A stretch of DNA of 63,593 bases, filler included, from Octopus bimaculoides (taxonomy: Eukaryota): NCBI RefSeq assembly GCF_001194135.2. It is 5 parts of 5 records of this genome, joined end to end, with 100 filler letters (N's around TTAATTAATTAA, not from the genome) between each part and the next. Parts side by side here need not be neighbours in the genome. Positions count along the whole stretch, not along the records: positions 18,979 to 46,660 come from NC_068996.1; 4 more parts are not named here. One strand, 5' to 3'. Made by a program: the position numbers and the translations under genes. This document shows positions 26,396 to 41,126 of the stretch, in pieces. Below the pieces are notes generated by a model, which was not told the DNA's origin, made no database searches, and saw only the letters and a program-made list of their open reading frames with translations. How positions within the stretch are numbered: position 1 is the stretch's first letter; every line of letters starts with the position of its first letter.

Positions 26396-27152
26396 AAGGA
26401 AAATGTGTGCATGTGAAAGAGAGAGAATGTGTGTGAGTGTTGAGTGAACTTAGTCATTCAATAGGCAAAAACTCATTAAGTAGGCTCCAGGTTAAGTACT
26501 TAATGCATAGGAGAACACATAAACACAGCAAGAAACCCCACCATGAGCCATTTATACAAAGGAGGCTTTATGACTCATTAAAACAACAGAGATTCTATGA
26601 TGGATCATATAAGAATCTCCCATTAATGAATTAATGAGTGAGTGAGAGAGAGGGGGGAAGGAGAGAGAGAAAGAGAGAGAGACTCAAACTAGGGTTTGAA
26701 CAAGTCACTGAAGCCAGTGTCCCAGTATATCTATAGACAAATGAACGAAACTAGAAAAAGAACAAAACAATTGAATTGTATTGTTTGTTTGTATAACTGA
26801 AACAATTTTGAATCTCTATAGTGTGAAATGTATTGATGTTAACATAACTAGTTGGTGTTTCCTGATATTTTAAATATACTGTATTATAACAAGGAATGCA
26901 AGTATTTGTGTCTGTGTTTGTCTCCCACCATTGCTTGACAATTGGTGTCGGTGTGTTTATGTCCCCATAATTTAGTAGTGTGGCAAAAGCAACAAATAAA
27001 ATAAGGACCTGGTTTTAAAAATAAATAAGTACTGGGGGTCAATTCATTTGAGTAAAAATTCTTCAAAGCAGTGCCCCAATAGTGCCATAGTCTAATGACT
27101 GAAACAAGTAAAAAATAATAATAATAATAATAAAATGAAATTTTTTACATAC

Positions 27153-27263
27153 TCGCCCAACAAAATCTCCAACTCCAGGATTTGGAAATGGAGCAAATTT
27201 CCTGTAAACATGGCCAACTCTTGAACAAGGAGCATCAACCATTTCGCCACCACATTGCCAAAT
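27153..27263 (-). CDS. GALNT10: GALNT10-like exon ([37 protein letters not shown])
   Basis: TTTTAG acceptor, GTATGT donor, 111 nt, phase 0-0; WQCGG..PCSRVGH motif. Confidence 0.95.
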
Positions 27264-27517
27264 CTAAAATAAAATAATAAAATAAATGAAAAGCAAAATC
27301 AAATTTTGGATTCTCTTATTAGAATATAGTTTTCTCCATTCCAGGTGAAATGAAATGGAAGACATTCAGAAACATTTAAAAAGTCATGTGTATCTTTTAA
27401 CACATCAGAGAATTACGAGGGACAGGGTCTCTACTTTGTTAATGAGCCATGAATTAAAGGGTTAGGGAATAACAACTACATTAATGGCTTCTACTGTATT
27501 AATGCATTGTTGGCCTC

Positions 27518-27990
27518 ATCATCATCATCATCATCATCATCGTTTAACGTCCGCTTTCCATGCTGGCATGGGTTGGACGATTGGACTGAGGACTGGTGAA
27601 ACCAGATGACTACACCAGGCTCCAATCTGATTTGGCAGAGTTTCTACAGCTGGATGCCCTTCCTAATGCCAACCACTCCAAGAGTGTAGTGCGTGCTTTT
27701 ACGTGCCACCGGCACGAAGGCCAGTCAGGCGGTACTGGCAACGGCCACACTCGAAATGGTGTATTTTATCTGCCACCTGCACAGGAGTCAGTCCAGCGAT
27801 ACTGGCAACGAACTCACTCAAATGTCTTTTCACGTGGTGCTATTTATGTGCCACCAGCACGAAAGCCAGACAGCTGGTGCTCTGGCAACGATCACGCTCG
27901 GACGGTGCTCTTAGTGATTTATTGGTACTGGTGCCATTACGATTTCGCTTTCGCTTGCCTCAGCAGGTCTTCGCAAGCCGAGTTTAGTGT
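27518..27990 (-). mobile_element. family D element
   Basis: Same tail and body as 22978-23440. Confidence 0.8.
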
Positions 27991-29638
27991 TCAATGAAGA
28001 AGTTGGTATGGGTGGGTCTCTCTCTCCTGTATTAATATCTCAGGTCTCTATTGTATTAATGGTTCATGGTATCTTATGATTGGGAAGGTCTTCAGGTTGG
28101 AGTGGCCTTCAGGTTAGGGTGTACCACTCAAGATCACGAGATCATGGTTCTGATTCCTGGACTGGTTGGTGCATTGTGGTTTTGAACAAAACACTTCATT
28201 TCATTTTACTTCAGTCCACTCAGCTGTAAACAAGTAACACTGCAATAGAGCTGTGTCCTGTTCAGAGAGGAACATTGTGACTACAATCAATTATATGCCA
28301 TAGAAACCCAGTAACTGGCCCTTTATGTCAGAGGGCCAGTTGAATCAGGACTAATATGGAAGTAAACAACAGCAGTAAGAACTACACATTCAACTGCAGA
28401 TGCAGAATTGACTCTTTGAAACATTACTGCCACTCTGGCGCAAACACGTTGACAGAATTCTTTCTTTTTAGCCAAAATCAATTCCAGATAAACAGATGCT
28501 TCCAAAAATGTGTAAGAGATATTTCTCTCTCAATCTTTATCGCTATCTCTCTTCCCTTCTTTTCTCCAATGTTAGAAGAAAAGAAAAGAAATAAATCATT
28601 TTCAATTTCTAAATGAATTTAGATTAACTCATTTCAAAATCATATGTTATGTCATGGAATGAATTTTTTTTTTTCTAATCCTTTTGTCAGCAGGAAAGGC
28701 AATACTCTCAACACTTTGTAAGGCTACTGAGATTGGTAAGAGGAAAGGAGAGAGGTATTCTTGAACTGGAAATTTGATCTAAATATTTGAAACAGAGTGT
28801 GACTCTGCTAAGATGCTAGGTGGTAGTGTTAAGCCAGGTAATAGGTTAAGACTACCAGTCATGTAGGTTATGGTAGGATTTGAGTTTAGAATTAAAAGAA
28901 CTGGAACAAATTCTACAAACCATCCAGTCCAACATTGAAACAATTCTTCCAGTCTATCACTCTCAAAATGACGAAAAGCAGGACTTTTTATTCTACTTGT
29001 CTTTAAATGTATAGGACTAGAGGACAACTTTGCTGACAGGGAACTTCAACATACATCACCAGTTATTTTCTTTCTGACTCAATGATCTCTTGCAAAAGCC
29101 CAGAATGTGTCACCCAGACACATACATGCATATATGTAATTTTTAGTATGTATATGTATGCATATAAATGTGTGTATATACATATACACACACAAACATG
29201 AACACATATATATGATTGCCTGCATACATGCATATTTGTGCATATATATTCCTGTACATACACACACACACACAAATACAAAAGCAGATACATTTTTCAA
29301 ACATTTGTTTTTAAAAGTGTGAATTTTCAACATATCCATCCACCATCATTACATAAGTTGTGATGTGACTTTAAAGTCCAAGAAATGCATTTCACAGATG
29401 ATTTTTAGTCATACCTTGAATCATATTAGTTACCCTAACTCTCAGGTCATGTATACTACAAAATTTACTTGATTACCAATTACCTTTGCATGTCCCAATA
29501 AAATATATATGTATTACTCTCTATTTGTAATTTATATGTAAGGTTCTTTCAGCTCACAGTTTCAAACATGTCTCTTACTCACTCTCTTTATTCACAATTT
29601 AAAATGTGTTCTTTATTTTGAATTTACACCTTACACCA

Positions 29639-30018
29639 GTGGAGGCGCAATGGCCCAGTGGTTAGGGCAGCGGACTCGCGGTCATAGGATCGCGGTTTTG
29701 ATTCCCAGACCGAGTGTTGTGAGTATTTATTGAGCGAAAACACCTAAAAGCCCCACGAGGCTCTGGCAGGGGATGGTGACTAACCCTGCTGTACTCTTTC
29801 ACAACTTTCTCTCACTCTTACTTCCTGTTTCTGTTGTGCCTGTATTTCAAAGGGTCAGCCTTGTTACACTGTGTCACGCTGAATATCTCTGAGAACTATG
29901 TTAAGGGTACACGTGTCTGTGGAGTGCTCAGCCACTTGCACGTTAATTTCATGAGCAGGCTGTTCCGTTGATCGGATCAACTGGAACCCTCGACGTCATA
30001 AGCGACGGAGTGCCAACA
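29639..30018 (+). mobile_element. SINE family B, full length
   Basis: 13-bp TSD ACACCTTACACCA at 29626-29638 and 30019-30031. Confidence 0.9.
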
Positions 30019-30349
30019 ACACCTTACACCATTTACACCTTGAAACATGTAGTTCATTAAATCCATTTTATACTAACTAATAAGTTTGTTGAAATAGATT
30101 TTACCAGCTTCATGTTTGGCAATTTGAACAAAGAAGCTTCTCTATTAATACAGTTCTTTCTTTCTTTCTATGAACTAAATGGTGAGAGATGTGTGGAGTG
30201 AAGGAGGAAGGATGAAACAGAAGTGGTATGAAAGAGAAAGAAGCCGAAAACAAAAAAGAAAACAAAACAGAAGGAAACCAGGTGTGTGGCTATATGTTGG
30301 GCAGAATTCTCTAAAATTAGAATCTGAATAATCAAGAGTCATTTCTTAC

Positions 30350-30467
30350 CTTAAATGATAATTCGTATTGCTCTCCTCCCCAGATGTCCAATCCTGGGTC
30401 ATATCCTCCAAGGTCCCAGAACCATTCTCGATCAATGGCAAACAAACCACCTGCCATAACTGGGCTC
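30350..30467 (-). CDS. GALNT10: GALNT10-like exon, Gal/GalNAc-T motif ([39 protein letters not shown])
   Basis: TTACAG acceptor, GTAAGA donor, 118 nt, phase 2-0; WGGEQYE rather than WGGENLE points to the GALNT10/17 lineage; absent from the ORF track because it is short. Confidence 0.95.
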
Positions 30468-30669
30468 CTGTAATTAACACAACAAACTAATAAGAAAACA
30501 TATACAAAAAAAAAAAAAACTGCTATATTCTGAGAGTCACACTTTTTTTTTTGCTGTTGATCACTGATTACTTTTGTAGGTTAACAATCTGTTAATTATT
30601 TACATGCTCATTTGTTTAGCTATAATTATAATCACACTACTTTCAATTACTGATCTATGGTGTATACAG

Positions 30670-30850
30670 GGCAAAATGCTTAGCAGCATTTCGTCCTTCT
30701 ATACGTTCTGAGTTCAATTTCCACTGAGGTCAACATTGCTTTTCATTCTTTCAGGGCTGAGAAAATAAAAACCATTTGAGCAGTGGGGCCAATGTAAGCG
30801 ACCTATCTCCTCCCCAAAATTGCTAGCCTTGTGCCGAAATTAGAATATTA
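30670..30850 (+). mobile_element. SINE family E (GAGTTCAAATTCC..GGTCGAC..GATAAAATAAGTACCAG..)
   Basis: Related copies at about 30918, 38450, 41520 (minus), 45680, 45965. Confidence 0.7.
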
Positions 30851-31040
30851 TTATTATTATTATTATTATTATTATCATTATTTAAAAAGGCATTTCCTTC
30901 AGCACTCAACAGGCTCAGTTCAAATTTCGCCGAGGTTGACTCTGCTTTTCATCCTTTCAGGATTGATAGAATAAGTACCAGTTGAGCACTGGGGTTGATG
31001 TAGTTGGCTTCTCCAAAATTTCAGGACTTTAGTAGAAACA

Positions 31041-31150
<110 letters not shown>

Positions 31151-31339
31151 CAACAACAAAAACACTGATAATAATTATTTCTATTATAGACACAAGGACT
31201 GAAATATTGGAGGAAAGGAGAAAGTCAATTATATCAACTCCCATGCTCAATTGGTACTTATCTTAAAGACCCCAAGCAACAACAACAACAACAATAATAA
31301 TAATATCCAGTTGATGTTCTTTTCTTTATTAGTCCTCAT

Positions 31340-31559
31340 TTTGTACTCATGGAGGGTCACACCAATGTCACTGATCACCTTCCCACCCAATGCAACCTGC
31401 AGCATTCTTTCATCATTATCTCTAGGGTAGGCATGCAAGGACTTGATCTCCATCATAACACTATCCTCAACTCCAACCAGTCCTCTTCCTCCCTAGTTAA
31501 GTAAAGCCATACCACCACCACCACCATCACCACCACCACCACCACCACCACCAATAATG

Positions 31560-31605
<46 letters not shown>

Positions 31606-31965
31606 CTTCTTCATTGACCACAAAGGAACTACATTAAGAAAAATTTGGACAGTACAGGACAAATCAAAGAATGTGTGTGTGTATGTGTTGTTGCGAGGGT
31701 TTTGCATGTAAACAAGTTAAACAAGTGGGGGGGGGGAAACAATATTAACAATGTATAATCCTCAACAAGGCGAAGACTTTCAAGGGCTGCAGCATTCTTT
31801 CATCATTATCTCTAGGGTAGACAAGCAGAGACTTGATCTCCATCATAACATTATCCGATACTCTAACCAGTCCTCTTTCACATCCGTTCTAAGGTAAGGG
31901 AAGCCATGCATGGCCATTATCTTCTTAGTTTTCCTATCTATGCTAACCAGTTCCTCCCTTGTCCA
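31340..31965 (-). mobile_element. two overlapping fragments of an R4/Dong-like LINE (post-RT region)
   Basis: ELVSIDRKTKKIMAMHG and G.RGLVGVEDSVMMEIKSL..Y.RDNDERML; about 90 bp duplicated at 31399-31490 and 31789-31880. Confidence 0.65.
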
Positions 31966-31984
31966 TTTCACAACTCCTGCTCAT

Positions 31985-32278
31985 GATAGATGACCAAGGC
32001 CTTTAGCATTATGCCGTGCTTGAGAAGAAGACACAGCAAGCCAAATAAAACTGCATTTGTAGCAGATGCTGGTGTCATGCAAATGGCACCTGCGCTGGTG
32101 GCATGTAAAAACACCCATTACAGTCTCAGAGTGGTTGGCATTAGGAAGGGCGTCCAGCCATAGAAACCATGCCAAAACAGATTGGAGTCTGGTGCAGCCT
32201 TCCAGCTTGCCAGCCCTGGTCAAACCATCCAACCCATGCCAGCAAAGGGAACAGATATTAAATGATGATGATGATGAT
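31985..32278 (+). mobile_element. family D element
   Basis: AAACCATCCAACCCATGCCAGCA...GATGATGATG tail. Confidence 0.75.
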
Positions 32279-32443
32279 CAATAGCATACCATGCTTACAG
32301 CATGCTCAAGCATTGACACCTCTGATCAGGTTTCCTCCATTCAGCTTGGATCTACATGGCTTTTCCACTTTTCTGGAATATTCAGAAGAAATATTTTCCT
32401 TCATCCTGGTAATCATCAATGGGCCTAATTGCTCTTTTACTCT

Positions 32444-32853
32444 CTCTTTTACCTGTTTCAGTCATTTGACTGTGGCCATGCTGGAGCACCGCCTTTAGTC
32501 AAACAAATCAACCTCAGGACTTATTCTTTGTAAGCCTAGTACTTATTCTATCGATCTCTTTTTGCCGAACTGCTAAGTTACAGGGACGTAAACACACCAG
32601 CATTGGTTGTCAAGCGAAGGTGGGGGGACAAACACAAACACACATACATATATATATGTATATATATACATATATATATGTATATATATACATATATACG
32701 ACGGGCTTCTTTCAGTTTCCGTCTACCAAATCCACTCACAAGGCTTTGGTTGGCCTGAGGCTATAGTCGAAGACACTTGCCCAAGGTGCCACGCAGTGGG
32801 ACTGAACCTGGAACCATGTGGTTCATAAGCAACCTACTTACCACACAGCCACT
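32444..32853 (-). mobile_element. SINE family A
   Basis: Full-length reverse copy. Confidence 0.85.
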
Positions 32854-34397
32854 CATACGCCTTGTAAATAATAATGATAATGAAATTTTATTAACTCTTT
32901 CAAAATCACATATCTTTTACATTCTTGTAAACTTGCAAATATACCTTCTAACAAAATCTTAATTCTCAGAACCTAGTCTCCTTTCCTTACAATATAAATC
33001 ATTGCTAGTCTTATATAACATTCAACTTGCTGCTAGTTGAGGTCTCTGGGTGAGACTTAGAACAACTTGTATAAAATAAAACAACAACAATGAAAAGAAA
33101 AATCCTTTAATGACCCTTTTTTCATGCTGGCATGGATTGGACAGTGTGCCAAGTTGTAATCCTTGCTTTGGCAAAGTTTTTACAACTGGATGCCCTTCCT
33201 AACACCAGCCATTGCATGAAGTGTACTGAGTGCTTTTCATGTGGCACCAAATACCTGCAAGATGAGACCCTTCAACTGAATAGGGTATAGAATTGAGAGA
33301 TGATACTAATCCTTTCTTCTGTGACAGTCTTGTGCATGTGAAGTATCTCACTTATACAGCAGAATGGGCCTGGTCATTATTCAAATGATGTTGGTGTCAG
33401 TGACAGCATCATCAACTTCACTATCATCATGGTCATTGTTTCATCATCATTTAAATACCTACTATTTCTTTCATGGGTCAGATATAATTTTGCGAGTCAG
33501 ACTTTCTACATCATTTGATGTTCGTTCTGTCGTCAACTCCCACCGGTTTCCAAGCAGGTCAATATTTCTCCATAGGTTAGCATGCTCTCAGGGGAGACTG
33601 GAAACAAACAACATCATTTATATTGTAGCAGAGATTTGAACCCTAATCACTAGAAATTCAGCTAGACAACTACAAGTGAGCCACCACCACGTGATTGATC
33701 TATAAATCTATAAATCAATTAATCAGTGTGAAGCTGTGGCATGATAAGGCATTCTCAGATGTTCTTCAATTTAACAACATCCTCTATAAAAACAGTTTGG
33801 TGCTTAACCCATCACAGTGTTGAATGTGGTCAACTGGTTCATATGCTTCACCTTTTGCTAGCCAGGCACAGACAGCCAATAGACCACTGACACCCTGGAC
33901 CACCTCAGACTTTTGCACAGACAATGCCAGGCATTTATACAAATTCCACAGATAGCCTTCTATATTCACAGTGGTTTTTCTCTCCTCCCAGTTGGCAGTT
34001 ATTAATATTATTCATTGTAAATAGCCAACACTAAATACATTATGTCTGACAATAAATATTTAAGTTAAATGTTCGTGAGTTTGCTTCAGTTTTTATTAAT
34101 GTACCCAGCAATGGCATTCCAACATACAACAATGATAATAAAGCTATCCATTCTGACAATGGCAACATGGATGTTTGAAGTATATCATCTTTAACCAACT
34201 CACCTCAAACAACAAACAAACCACAAGACAGCATAAGTATGATGCCATGTCAAAAGAATGCACACACACACACATTCAACAGATTTCTTTTTAATTTCAA
34301 TCAACCAAATCCCAAGTAGAGATATAATGGGCCTGACTAAACCCAAAACTATGTGGTTGCAAAGAGAGCTTCCTCAGCCACGCTTACACCCACCTCT

Positions 34398-34433
<36 letters not shown>

Positions 34434-34539
34434 CCAACAAAAGTAATAGTTCTCTGAGCTTTCTCATTCTTTTCTTATTATGGTAACTACACATTCAGAA
34501 CAACCTCTCCAGTGCTAAATTGATCACCTAGGTAACAGA

Positions 34540-35200
34540 AACTATTTACTACCTCAATGGAGCATGCAGGGCATTTTGAGAGAATCAATTTCCCATGTAT
34601 CTTTACTTGTTATGGCACCTGTGCATCTGCCACACACAAGCACTACTTTCTCCATTAACCTTCCTGTGATTCCACTGCACCTCTTGTGTGTCCATAGCTT
34701 GCACTGGGTACACCATATAGAATTCCTACCTACATCTTTTCTACATATCAAGTAGGGTTATTTACTTGGGAAGAGTGGAGTCTTGTCTGTTTCCCTGCTT
34801 ACTAGAACTTTGGTTTTTGCTAAGTTCAATTTAAGGCCCTTCAATTCCATACCTGGAATTTCTTTTCTAATTCTGTTACAGATTCTCTTATGAGAACAAG
34901 ATCATTATCATATAGTAGTTCCTAGGAGCAACTAGTCTTGAATTCTTCAGTTAGAACCTGGAGAACAATGGTGAATAAGAAGCAGGTGAGTGAGAACTGA
35001 GCCCTTGGAAATGCCAAGCTGTATGCTAAATTCATCACTGTATTCATGGCTAACTCTCACTTTACTGACAGCACCCCTGTACATGGTCTTTATTGCTTTC
35101 ACAAGTCATTCATCTATCCCTAGTTTCCTCAAAGATCACTAAATCACAGAGCAAGCAATTCTGTTGAAAGTTGTCCCCTAGTCAACAAATGTCACGAACA
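34540..35200 (-). mobile_element. RTE-clade LINE reverse-transcriptase fragment, decayed
   Basis: FVDLGKTFNRI..LRKLGIDEWLV..MY.GAVSKVRV..S.EFSIQ.G..KGSVL.HLL..IV..ELLYDNDLVL, then C..VGRNSIWCTQCKLWTHKRCSGI. Confidence 0.85.
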
Positions 35201-35517
35201 ATGGTATATAAAATAAAGTGACTCAGTTCAATGTTTATTAAAGTAAAAATATTCTGTAAAAAATATATTAAGATACTTCACAAGAAGTGTAGCAAAATGC
35301 ACAACGACTAAGTATCTCACTTCAAATTACAATCAAATAATATAAACCTCAATCAACTGCTATTTATTTTGGTTGCAACATTTTATCTGCAACATTTATT
35401 TATTTATATGACCATACAACCTTTCTAGTTTTCTCAACAGTTGCTGCAGATCTCAATTGATACTTATTGACTTCCAATGAAATAAAGCAAAAGAAGCGGC
35501 TGTGTGGTAAGTATAGG

Positions 35518-35677
35518 TGTAGGAGTGGCTGTGTGGTAAGTAGCTTGCTTATTAACCACATGGTTGCGGGTTCAGTCCCACTGCGTGGTACCTTGGACAA
35601 GTGTCTTCTACTATAGCCTTGGGCCGACCAAAGCCTTGTGAGTGGATTTGGTAGACGGAAACTGAAAGAAGCCCATC

Positions 35678-35747
<70 letters not shown>

Positions 35748-35963
35748 ATATATGTTTGTGTGCCTGTGTTTGTCCCCCCCAACATCGCTTGACAACCGAT
35801 GCTGGTGTGTTTACATCCCCGTAACTTGGCGGTTCGGCAAAAGTGACCGATAGAATAAGTACCACACTTACAAAGAATAAGTCCTGGGGGTCAATTTGCT
35901 CGACTAAAGGCGGTGCTCCAGCATGACCACAGTCAAATGACTGAAACAAGTAAAAGAGTAAAC
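35518..35963 (+). mobile_element. SINE family A
   Basis: Full-length copy. Confidence 0.85.
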
Positions 35964-36159
35964 TANNNNNNNNNNNNNNNNNNNNNNNNNNNNNNNNNNN
36001 NNNNNNNNNNNNNNNNNNNNNNNNNNNNNNNNNNNNNNNNNNNNNNNNNNNNNNNNNNNNNNNNNNNNNNNNNNNNNNNNNNNNNNNNNNNNNNNNNNNN
36101 NNNNNNNNNNNNNNNNNNNNNNNNNNNNNNNNNNNNNNNNNNNNNNNNNNNNNNNNNNN

Positions 36160-36222
<63 letters not shown>

Positions 36223-36369
36223 GATTACATATATACATACATATATAACATTTTCATATATGTATTTTCATATTTGCAAATAAATACACTCACAACATAC
36301 ACACATACATACATACATGTGTGTTGTGAGTGTATTTATTTGCATATATGAAAACACCTACATGTTGGT

Positions 36370-36402
<33 letters not shown>

Positions 36403-36448
36403 GTGTGTGTGTGTGCATGTATATGCATGTGTGAGTATATAATTGTGT

Positions 36449-36539
<91 letters not shown>

Positions 36540-39500
36540 CATACGAAAATCTTGTAGAAAATCCAGCTCCAAAAAAGCCTCATGATACCAAAGGAGAATG
36601 GGCATCAGCCAGCCCAAAGGTTGGGGTGGGCTGCACCTGCCTACCTCGGTTGCTATGACACTGTGGTAGATCTGGCCACTCCCGTTAACAGGGACAAAAC
36701 CCGGATTTAAAACACTGAACGATGATGATGATATACTTACAAATACCCTACACATATGTACATGATATATGTACAAACATATGTTGATAAATATATAATA
36801 TGTAAACATAATCATAGATAAACACACACACACACACATACATATAAAGATACATATGCATACAGAAAGACACACACTCATATACACACATATATTCACA
36901 TACAGCATAAACATTTAAAATTTCAGTAACTGATGTATATTCCTCAACAACATCATGTATCATACGCCTGAAGCACATTGATGATACTGCAATGACAGAA
37001 TTAAGCAATGACAGTACTCAGATTTGCTCATTTTCAGCTGGTAAATTGAGCTTAGCTTTTTTTCTCAAATATTCTCTGTCTGAATATTTTTTTTTTAAAT
37101 ATAAAATGAAAGTGTGAAGAAAATGCTTATCTTTGTGGTCTTTTTTAATAGTAAATAAACCTCAATTATAACTCACATCAAGAAACACCATCACATCATA
37201 CCCTCCTTAAACATGAGTTGTACTGAGTTTTACAGTACACCAAAGGTTAGGTCTCACTATCACTAAGGATCTCTGATGGAGAAATCACACATCTGTTGCA
37301 GAGTTAGAACCATGTCCTAAAGATTTGCCCTTCTCTTCAGGGCCAGAAAATATTTCAGCCTCCTTATAATTAATGACTTGGTAAAGCTCAAAGAAAAACC
37401 CACATTTGGGATAGTGATACTCCTACAGATACAAACATCTTTGACCATATCCAGAGATGGCCCATTTGACTGACTGGAATAAAATAATTTAAATATATGC
37501 ACCTTTTCCATCACCACTATAATGTCCTAATGCTCTCTATTCCTCAGACCTATCTTTTATTGTGCCTCATTCACCCATGAATTCGTAACTCTCTTCTCTC
37601 TCCAACTTTCATTGTCCAACCCCTAAGTCTTGTACTATCACTAACCCAAGTTCTTTCTCCCTGGAATATCGGCCTTCTAGGATCTCCCTGCTTCTCGTGT
37701 CTTTTCCAGTAGGTGTCAACTTGCAAGAACTTAAAACAAAACATTAACAGCATCAATCTCATCAGAATGTCTCTTCCTTCAGACTAAGTAAGTAAAACAA
37801 AACAATCTTCAGCTAATGCTAGCTGACTGAAAGATTGGAAACGTTTCTCTTATTTTATAGAAAAATTGAAAGCCAAAGATAATCTCCATTATTTGTTATG
37901 AAGACACAAAGAATTATGAATGGAACTATAAATGAAGGATTTATTTAACAGCTTCTAAATGTTGCAAAGGTATTTATGCTCAGCTCAAGAGTTATTAATG
38001 TACATTTATATTCCTGTTTATTTTAGCAGTCAGTTGATATTTTATTGAATTTTATTACTTATAATCAACAGTTGTAGTAGATACCAATCTATATTTTTTG
38101 ACTTTCAGTAAAATAAGAACAAAACAGTACAAAACCTATAAGATGCGCTTAACTTTCAACAAGTTAGCATAGTGAAAGTGAGTAAATGGTTCATGTTAAC
38201 ATGTTAACATCTCTTTATCTTCTTAATTAATCACTTCCTTTGTCATTAGACCAAGGAAGTCTAATGACAAAGGAAGTGAATCCAGAAGCCATAACAAATA
38301 TTGAGGTGAAATCTACACAACAGAATTATTTTGAGGTGATGATGATGCACCATCTTCAGCCACTTAACCTACAAGTAATTGTTTAAACTTGTCCATCACA
38401 ATGGCAAAGATAGAATTACATGAAAGCAACTTCCATTTTGTTTTCTCATGAAGGTGGTTAGCTGGCAGAAATGTTATCACAATGAACAAAATGATTAGTG
38501 ACATTTTCTCTGCCTCCTTATGGTCTGACATTAAATTCATGGAAGCCAGCCAACTTTTCCTTTCAGCCGTACAGGTTCAATAAAATGAGTATCAGTTAAG
38601 CACTGGGACAATGTCATCAACTATCCTCTCCCATCAAAATTTTAGCCCTTGTGCCCATAGTCGATAAAATTAGTAAAGATGGAAGAGAAGTAAAAAGGAA
38701 AAAAAATTCTAATACTTTAATTAAAATCATGGTGGTGAGGGAAGAAGAGAAACTTGTCAGAATGAGAACAACTCCATTCAGATCATCATCATCATCATTA
38801 TCTTTTTCTTCTTCTTCCCCTTCTGCCTCATTTTTCTTTTTCCTCTCCTACTTCTTTTTCTTCTCCTTTTCCTGCTCCTCCTTTTTGTCATCACATTCCT
38901 AGATGCAGCCATTCACAACTAGTAGTATTAAATCAAAGTCCCCAATAACTGACAGGCATTTTATTTTATCAACACTCTACCCATTTCCTCCAAAAGGATG
39001 GAAAACAAATATGGACCACTATGTTATTTGAAATCAGAAGGTAAAGGTTGTGTAATTAAATATCACCAGGTATTTACTTATAACCCTACCTGGCAAAATT
39101 TGAACTCAAAATGTAAAGTTCTAAGGTTTATCTTCCACATATAAAAAGGGCAAAAGTAATTGTTAGTATGTTAAGATGTTCTCTAACAAACAAAAATATT
39201 ATTAGCAGGCAATTGTAGGGAGTTATCAGACTTCTCTTCACTATTTACACTTTTGAGAACACAAATTCCAGATGAGGTTTCACATCATCATCATCATCAT
39301 CATCATAGTTATTGTCGTATAATGTCCTTTTCCATGCTGGTATGGGCTGAACAGTTTGACAGCAGGAGAGCTGTCCAGGTTTCAATAATCTGTTTTGGCA
39401 TGGTTTCTAGGGTTGGGTGCCCTTCCTAGTCCAGTGCACTGGATGCTTTGCAAGTGCCACTGGAACAGGTATATTTTATATAGCACTGCTATCGGGGTGT

Positions 39501-39639
39501 TTTACATAGCACTGCCTTGAGTGCCTTTTATGTAGCATCAGCATCTGCAAGACAAAGATCTTTCAGCTGGGAGAAGGAGTGGGGGCATGGCTATAAAAGA
39601 CATACCTGTATGTATAGATGGTCATGATTTTACTTAGCT

Positions 39640-40165
39640 TAAGATGTCTTCTTATGTACAGCAAAACACCAGAAACCCCAGTCCCTTGTCATCTTCTCAG
39701 TGAGGCCAAATGTCTGAAGATTCTTTCTCATCACTTCGTCCCACATCTTCTTCGGTCTACCCCTTCCATAAGTTCCCTCAACAATTAGAGATCCACACTT
39801 GTTTGCACAGCTGTCCTTGTCCCACATGACCATACCAGTACAATCTTCTCTCTTGCACACTACATCTGATGCCTCTTATTCTCCTAAGACACTTACACTC
39901 TTTTGTACATGCACATTGATACAGCCCATCCAGCAAACAATACAAGCTTCATATCTTTCAAGTCTTCACAAGTCCTCTATAGTCAAAGCCCACGTTTCAC
40001 AGTCATGTAGCATGGCTGTTCATACACAGGCATCATACAATCTGCCTTTCACTCTAAGCGAGAGACCCTTAGTTCCCAACAAAAGTAGTAGTTCTATGCT
40101 TTCAGAACTTCTTCCTCCACAGCTAACTTGGTCGCCTAGGTAACAAAAGCTATCTACTACTTCTA
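39640..40165 (-). mobile_element. RTE-clade LINE C-terminal fragment
   Basis: VEGTYGRGRPKKMWDEVMRKNL...TRD..FW. Confidence 0.8.
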
Positions 40166-40948
40166 AGGACCCCCACCCCCGCCACCCAAACCACTGTAAA
40201 ATAATCTTAATTGTTTTTGTTTTATTTCTTTGTAACGTAACCTAAACAACATAGGAACCAGTAAATTAGATTTAATTAAAATGTGGCTGAAAAATGACCA
40301 GTCCAGGTACCGAGCTAAAACACAATCTTAAATTTATTTTCTGTAGAAGCAATTGATAGTGATAATTTCAGCAGATATTTTATTCTTTGGAAGTTCCACT
40401 GAGACTCAGAACATGCAAATTAAGAGGAGACCATTTATGGGGTGTTATTACAATAGTAGCTTCCAAATTTCAATAAATATTTCTAAGAAATACATAGATC
40501 ACAATTGCCAAGCTCACCTGTATCCTAGTTACAAGCAGGTAATACAAATGATCAATTCACAACAGCTTAGTCCCCTAGGACCTCGCCATGTAAAGGTATA
40601 CCACAAATAGTATAATTCACAACAGCCAAATCCATTTAGATCCAAGCAAGTACCATGGATATTACCTGCTTGAATGCAACAAAGTCATGTCCATCCATCT
40701 AGGTTTAGCCAAAGATGGGGCAATTAATCCACTGCTGTCAGTAGTGGCAGCAGTGTAAAACTGATGGGTGTTTTACTGGCTTCCAACATTTGATTCTGCT
40801 TCCCTGATGTGCCATCTTAGCTATTACAGAAGAATATCATAGCACAAGCACCAGCAAAATAGTTTCTTGCAATTGAAGAAGAATGAAGATAAAATAACAA
40901 AAAAAAAAACATACAAGAATATATAAAAATAATGTCAGACTTCCTTAC

Positions 40949-41126
40949 TTGAAAGGTTCGGCTGGATGTAATAAGTCATTTGGCAGAAGAGGTAGCCTCT
41001 TGTAGAATAATTCCCAGTCAAAGGCACCACGAGCACCTTCATCTTGCGCTCGATAAGAAAATGTCTCATAATCAATTACATCAATAAATGGACACACCAC
41101 AGTTTTGCGATTTTGAGCAATTGGCT
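40949..41126 (-). CDS. GALNT10: GALNT10-like exon ([60 protein letters not shown])
   Basis: TTCCAG acceptor, GTAAGG donor, 178 nt, phase 1-2; VCP.IDVID and RGAFDW motifs; phase fits the 30467 exon. Confidence 0.95.

Noticed and set aside
28779-29027. 82-aa ORF in a GALNT intron
   Set aside because: No recognisable motifs in any frame; not needed for GALNT frame continuity.
37571-37762. ORF VDTYWKRHEKQGDPRRPIF... inside a GALNT intron
   Set aside because: The flanking GALNT exons already join in frame with a complete alignment; no recognisable family.
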